Of a stretch of DNA of 64,000 nucleotides, positions 59,328 to 64,000 are shown piece after piece. The translations under genes were made by a program, and so were the position numbers. The notes under the pieces are model-generated. The model did no database searches, had not been told where the DNA came from, and saw only the letters and a list, made by a program, of their open reading frames with translations. Origin of the DNA: Candidatus Norongarragalinales archaeon. GTDB taxonomy: Archaea > Micrarchaeota > Micrarchaeia > Norongarragalinales > Norongarragalinaceae. The stretch is taken from contig JAWABJ010000001.1 in assembly GCA_038884755.1 (NCBI GenBank), positions 608,001 through 672,000 of the forward strand. Reading direction: 5' to 3'. Each line of letters opens with the position of its first letter. The first letter of the stretch is position 1.

Positions 59328-59825
59328 TCAAGCGTGAAACGCTTCCACAAAATAGTCGCGCCCGTCCTTGCGCACGAAAATGTCGTGCATGGGAAGCGAA
59401 CGCTGGTTTGACACGACGAACTCCTTCAGCATGAGTGAATCCGATGGAATCATTTTCTCTGGAAGCTTGTCCAAATCGAACCACTCGACTTCCCCTTCTA
59501 TCGAACGCGTCAATTGCAGTTGCTTCGGCTTCAGCTGCACTACAAAAAGCAGGAAATGCTGTTTTTCCTTTGCATTGTCCTGTGGCGTTATTATTTCCGA
59601 AGAAATGCCGCGCAGCGCCACGAACTCGCAATCCAAACCCGTTTCTTCGCGGGCTTCGCGCACCGCCGCTTCCTTAAGCGTTTCCCCGAAGTTTATCTTC
59701 CCGCCAGGAAAACCCCACTGGTCTTTGTAAAGCCGCTTTTCGTGCTTCAGCAGGAGAATCTTGTTTTCAAACAAAATCGCGTCAAGCACAACACCCAACG
59801 GCTTTTGCTCTTCCGCCCCGTTCAT
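59328..59825 (-). CDS. Nudix hydrolase
   Basis: [25 protein letters not shown]udix box. Confidence 0.93.
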   Translation of the reverse strand: MNGAEEQKPLGVVLDAILFENKILLLKHEKRLYKDQWGFPGGKINFGETLKEAAVREAREETGLDCEFVALRGISSEIITPQDNAKEKQHFLLFVVQLKPKQLQLTRSIEGEVEWFDLDKLPEKMIPSDSLMLKEFVVSNQRSLPMHDIFVRKDGRDYFVEAFHA

Positions 59826-62467
59826 GAGAATTTTCCCCTCGCAAACGCCTTGTCCCCGCCGCCCTTGGCGCCCTTCGCCTTAAGCAGTTCAACCGCATTC
59901 TCCCCGCTTTGCGCGCCCGACGCCGCCGCAATAAACCCCTCCTTGTTCCAAACTACCACGCTCGCGCGGGGGTTTAATTCTATCGTTTTCAACGCTATCT
60001 TCTCCAAAAGCCTCTGGGGCGCATTCAACTCCTGCGAAGTTTTATCTTTCAAAGAAAACTCGCGTGCGTAATTCTCCGCGTTCTTCTCCCACAAATCCTC
60101 GATTTCCTTCTTTTGCGCTTTCCACTCCTCAAAAAACCTTTGCACAGTCGAAGGCAACTCGTCCAAATGCACGCTCAAAACATCTGCAGCATCTTGCAAA
60201 TACGCTTCGTGCTCGCTAACGTAAGCCAAAGCCCGGTCTCCGGCCTTGTAGCGTATTCTCAACACCCCGTCCTGAACTTGTTCTATGGCGGTTATTTTGA
60301 TGAAACCTATATCCTTAGTATTTTCACAATGCGTCCCCCCGCAAGCTTGAACGTCCCAACCTACGATTTCGACAATACGCACTTCGTCCGAAGGCGGCCC
60401 GCCTCCCTGGTAAATGCCAAAACCGTACTTTCGCTCAGCCTCTCCCCGCGGCTGGAAAGAACACTTGATTGGAAGGCCTTTGCGCACGACTTCGTTAGCC
60501 AAACGCTCTATCTCTCTCCTTTCCTCGCCAGTGATTTTCTTGTAATGCGTAATGTTAACGTGCCCTTCATCCTCGTCTTTTCTCGAGCCGGCTTGCCAAA
60601 CGTGCTTTCCCAAAACGTTTTGAGCCGCGCGAAGCACGACGTGCGTTGCAGAATGGTGCTTTCGAATGTCCTCGCGGCGTTTTTCGTCGAGCTTCAGAGA
60701 AACTCCCTTGCCTTTCGCGAAAGGTGAGTGTTTTTCCAAACAGTGGACAACAACGCCATCTTCCTTTTGTACATCACGAACAAAAACCCCGTCGATCCAC
60801 CCGTGGTCTCCGCACTGCCCTCCGCCTTCGGGATAGAAAATAGTCTGGTCCAAAACGATTTTGTCTTCCTTCGAACCCATTACTTTCGCGTCCAAGGCGT
60901 AAGCGAAGGGCTTGTCGTAATAAACCAATTTCGTTGGCTTGAGCCCGTCGAACTCTTTCTTTTTCGCTTGCGCCTGCTTTTCCAAAACGTGCTTTTCAGC
61001 AAGCTTCTTGTAAAAGTCGGTTGGAGCGGAAAGCTGCACGCCTTGCTGTTTCGAAACGCTTTCCACCAATTCAGGCGTAATCCCGTGGCTCTCGTACAAA
61101 ACCATCATTTTGTCGGAAGTCAAAGGCTCTTTGCGCGAAATTATTTCGCGAACCTTGTTCGAAGCGTTTTTCAGCGATTCTTCGTACTTCTGCTTTTCAA
61201 CGTCTATTATTTCCTGCAGTGCAGGCAACCGTTCTTCAAACTCGGGCCACAATTGCTTGAGTTCGCGCGCGTGGAGTTTCATCAAGTCCATCAAGCTCAA
61301 ATTCAAGTTGTGGTCTTTCACGAACGAAAAGCAACGGCGGAACAACAAGCGAAGGTTATAGCCGCCTCCCGTGTTTGAGGGTATCGCACCGTCGCTCAAC
61401 GCCATTAAAAGCGTACGCGAGTGGTCTGCCAAAGCGTAAATAGCTTGCATGGGCGCGATTTGCTTTTCCATCTCTTCGAGCGAAAGCCCGAGCATTGACG
61501 CTATCTTCTGCTTTTCCTCGCGCATATTACGAACGCTTTCAACGTCCAATCCTGCCGAGAGCGACGCGTATTTGCGCAAAAGCGCATCGTCAAAACGCAG
61601 TCCGGAGTGTTTTTTCGCGTACGCTATCACGGACGGAAAAACCGCATCGTACGCGGTCAATTCGCCCGTGTAATACCACAACAACCTTTCAAAACCCCAG
61701 CCCACGTCTACCACGCGCATTGGAAGTTCTTTCGTCCCTTCCTTCGCGTCCCAGTAGTACTGCATGAAAACGCTATTCACTAGTTCGCTGCCATTCGCAA
61801 AGCTTTCGATGCACGGGCCGAACGCGCTGAAGTCTGGCATTGACCAAACGTCTTCGGCGTAAGTCAAATCGTTCTTGGGGACTTTCAAAACCTTAGTCAA
61901 AAAGTCGTAATTTAGCCGAATGCAATCGTCGAGCCAGTACGCTTTCTTGTCTTTCGGGTGGTTGAACGACTTTTGCCCGGCCATCATGAAGCCGGAAAAA
62001 TGACGGCCCGTAACCCCGACGTTCGCAATGTCCACAAACCTCATGCAAGGCTGCGGCACGACCAAGGGATTCGCGGGGTATTCGAAAACTACTTTTCCGC
62101 CTTCCAACCTTTGAAAATCCACTACGTCAGCAATGACGAAAAACAAGTCGTCTCTCCACTTTGCGAGCAAAGGATAGCGTGGAATTACCTCGTGGTTGTT
62201 TTTCTTCCAGAAGTCGGCGAATTTCTTCCAAAACGCGGCGTAGCTCTCGCGCAAAGGCGTTTTCTTGAAGAAAGAGTATTCCTCGTGAGAACTGTCTCCG
62301 CACGAGTCGCTTCCGCCCGCAGTCCAATAGTTTTTGCCGCACTTTACGCACGTTTTCCTCACAAAACCCTGCTCGTCGAACAATTTCGTTTTATAATATT
62401 TCGTAGGGTTTTTGGAAAACTCGTCTTTCAAGCGTTCTTTCGACACTCCAGGCAAGTAAAGAGGCAT
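59822..62467 (-). CDS. alaS: alanyl-tRNA synthetase (archaeal type)
   Basis: [58 protein letters not shown]; true start MPLYLPG. Confidence 0.96.
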   Translation of the reverse strand: MPLYLPGVSKERLKDEFSKNPTKYYKTKLFDEQGFVRKTCVKCGKNYWTAGGSDSCGDSSHEEYSFFKKTPLRESYAAFWKKFADFWKKNNHEVIPRYPLLAKWRDDLFFVIADVVDFQRLEGGKVVFEYPANPLVVPQPCMRFVDIANVGVTGRHFSGFMMAGQKSFNHPKDKKAYWLDDCIRLNYDFLTKVLKVPKNDLTYAEDVWSMPDFSAFGPCIESFANGSELVNSVFMQYYWDAKEGTKELPMRVVDVGWGFERLLWYYTGELTAYDAVFPSVIAYAKKHSGLRFDDALLRKYASLSAGLDVESVRNMREEKQKIASMLGLSLEEMEKQIAPMQAIYALADHSRTLLMALSDGAIPSNTGGGYNLRLLFRRCFSFVKDHNLNLSLMDLMKLHARELKQLWPEFEERLPALQEIIDVEKQKYEESLKNASNKVREIISRKEPLTSDKMMVLYESHGITPELVESVSKQQGVQLSAPTDFYKKLAEKHVLEKQAQAKKKEFDGLKPTKLVYYDKPFAYALDAKVMGSKEDKIVLDQTIFYPEGGGQCGDHGWIDGVFVRDVQKEDGVVVHCLEKHSPFAKGKGVSLKLDEKRREDIRKHHSATHVVLRAAQNVLGKHVWQAGSRKDEDEGHVNITHYKKITGEERREIERLANEVVRKGLPIKCSFQPRGEAERKYGFGIYQGGGPPSDEVRIVEIVGWDVQACGGTHCENTKDIGFIKITAIEQVQDGVLRIRYKAGDRALAYVSEHEAYLQDAADVLSVHLDELPSTVQRFFEEWKAQKKEIEDLWEKNAENYAREFSLKDKTSQELNAPQRLLEKIALKTIELNPRASVVVWNKEGFIAAASGAQSGENAVELLKAKGAKGGGDKAFARGKFS

Positions 62468-62510
62468 AATCGCTTTTACTCGCTCAAAGTTTAAAAGAGT
62501 GAAGAGGAAC

Positions 62511-62830
62511 GGGGGTGTCGGGTCGTAGTCCGCTTTTTGTTGCTCGCGACATCCGTCTAAGCGTCCGGCAAACGGGACTTGCACCCCTTATAGCCCAGCT
62601 CGTTTCACCCGACTTCCGCGCAACGTCACATTACGGTCATACTGCGCGCGGTTCGGTATCGTTTCTATTCCAGGCTCGCGCCCAAAACGCGGGCACTTGC
62701 GTGCCTCCGTCCTTTGCTTTCTTTGATTGAACTTTCTTTCTCAAAGAAAGTTCAGGAGGGTGAGCGGAACTTCCTCAGCTGCCTCCCCTTATGCAGGAAA
62801 GGCTACCGACAGTCGCGCACCCAACACCCT
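62511..62830 (-). ncRNA. rnpB: RNase P RNA
   Basis: Terminal P1 GGGTGTTGGG/CCCGACACCC, GAGGAAGTTCCGC / AACAAAAAGCGGACTA P4 pseudoknot, AGAAAC and TGAAAC, GGTGCAAG. Confidence 0.93.
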
Positions 62831-62973
62831 TAAAGTAAGTATGCCCGAAGGGGCTTAAAAACGTAGTTGAAGTGAATAAAACGGCATTGGAAAGAAAGCT
62901 TGCAGAAACGAGAAAAAGAAAAAAAAAAGAAAATAAAAAGGAAAAAAGATTTTTTTTGAAATCCTCAACGAAT

Positions 62974-63000
62974 TTATCTGCGTCTGCGTCTCTTTGCCAT
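62974..63000 (-). CDS. putative micro-peptide MAKRRRRR
   Basis: ATG GCA AAG AGA CGC AGA CGC AGA TAA; GGGTGA SD ~10 nt upstream; long U tract downstream. Confidence 0.45.
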   Translation of the reverse strand: MAKRRRRR

Positions 63001-63082
63001 TTGTCGTATTCACCCGCTGAATTTCAAAAATTTTAATTCATCATCCGAATTCGATATATAAACATTTGCAAAAGTGATTTGA

Positions 63083-63787
63083 ATGGAAAAAAATTCGGAA
63101 AAACTGTCTGAAGCGTTTTATTCTGCTGAAGCAATGCTCGGAAAAAACTATTTCGTGCACGCTTCGTTCGAAAAATACGCCGGGCTCAAAGCCAAAGTCG
63201 AGTTCAAGGACGGAAAAATAATCGCGAAAGCGAGCGACGGTTTCGAAAACGCAGAGCGCGACGTGCTCGTAGGGTTGGCGCTGGTCCTTTTGGGCGGAAT
63301 GTTTCGAAAACGCATAGACAACGCTTACACGAAAGCTTACAAAGAGTTTTCCACGCGCGAGTCGTCAAGCGAATACCACGACACGCTGCGCAAGCTGCGG
63401 GGGCACAAGAGAAATTTGGATCCGAAAGGAAAATATTACAATCTAACCCCCATTCGCGACACTTTGTTCATGCTTTACCCGCACGTTCTCGGGCAAACGC
63501 CCCAACCCGCCATAGGGTGGAGCGAAAAAAAGAGCAAACGCATTTTGGGTTTTCACGACGGCGCTTTCAACGCCATCACGATCAACAGAATTCTCGACTC
63601 CGAACGCGTTCCGTTGTTCGTAGTGCAGTACGTCGTGTTTCACGAATTGCTGCACTGCAAGCACAAAGTGCTTTTCCAAAGGGGCGAGAGCATGCGGCGC
63701 ACCGTACATCCGAAGGCGTTCAAGGACGACGAGAAAATGTTTTCATTGGCTGAGAAAGCAGAAGAGTGGGTTCAACGGAACCTATAA
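63083..63787 (+). CDS. SprT/YgjP-like zinc metalloprotease
   Basis: I.WS..ILG, ITINRILD..VPLFVVQYVVFHELLH, H...F. Confidence 0.85.
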   Translation: MEKNSEKLSEAFYSAEAMLGKNYFVHASFEKYAGLKAKVEFKDGKIIAKASDGFENAERDVLVGLALVLLGGMFRKRIDNAYTKAYKEFSTRESSSEYHDTLRKLRGHKRNLDPKGKYYNLTPIRDTLFMLYPHVLGQTPQPAIGWSEKKSKRILGFHDGAFNAITINRILDSERVPLFVVQYVVFHELLHCKHKVLFQRGESMRRTVHPKAFKDDEKMFSLAEKAEEWVQRNL

Positions 63788-63842
63788 CAAAAATCAACCA
63801 AACCAATAAATAGCAGCTATATCAATTGATATACGATGCGTT

Positions 63843-64000
63843 ATGGAGAGTGAAGTGATTTTCAAAAGCAAAGTCTTGCGTTTCCCTACGCTGGATACGG
63901 TCTTGATGATTGAAAAAGCGGCCAAGAAGTCGTACGGCGAGAAAACCTTAACCCAGCTTTGGAAGTCTCTTCCGAAAAAAGTGATGTGGCAAACCTTCAA
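63843..64000 (+). CDS. hypothetical protein, possible winged-helix DNA-binding protein (partial)
   Basis: MESEVIFKSKVLRFPTLDTVLMIEKAAKKSYGEKTLTQLWKSLPKKVMWQTF..., open to window edge. Confidence 0.7.
   Translation, partial: MESEVIFKSKVLRFPTLDTVLMIEKAAKKSYGEKTLTQLWKSLPKKVMWQTF

Noticed and set aside
59822..62584. ORF-track 920-aa AlaRS start at 62584
   Set aside because: The extension overlaps the 3' end of RNase P RNA; the plausible start is ATG 62467.
63036..63046. ATGATGA C-box on the minus strand (also GTGATGA at ~44267)
   Set aside because: No CTGA D/D' boxes at suitable spacing.

Overview
64 kb of an archaeal chromosome, gene-dense and mostly housekeeping. It is most consistent with a DPANN (Micrarchaeota-like) lineage: archaeal translation and transcription genes, class I LysRS, a ~388-aa EndA whose length suggests the three-unit type, CarS, thermosome and Hel308. 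The window contains the aIF2gamma-PIN-rpoE1-spt4-S24e-S27ae-kae1-sua5-bud32 cluster, secDF and four aminoacyl-tRNA synthetases. It also has a ~11.5-kb type IV pilus locus with a vWA/beta-propeller adhesin, seven tRNAs, RNase P RNA and two C/D-box sRNAs read directly from the sequence. The most unusual signal is in the non-coding genes. Five of seven tRNAs are interrupted by a total of seven introns, four at non-canonical positions and up to 141 nt long. Several introns are built from one family of AT-rich hairpins (TTTCTTT-Nn-AAAGAAA and GGAGAAAC-Nn-GTTTCTCC). The same hairpins also occur inside RNase P RNA and next to other RNA genes, suggesting a small palindromic element that colonises stable-RNA genes and is removed by EndA. 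Other points of interest are a guide predicting U at 16S position 1402, an 8-aa MAKRRRRR micro-ORF with its own SD and terminator, a GpgS-HAD fusion, a carS-archaeosortase-Tyr-rich peptide string, and two single-base frameshifts. No CRISPR array, rRNA, integrase or transposase was seen. All calls come from reading motifs by eye; no database searches were run.
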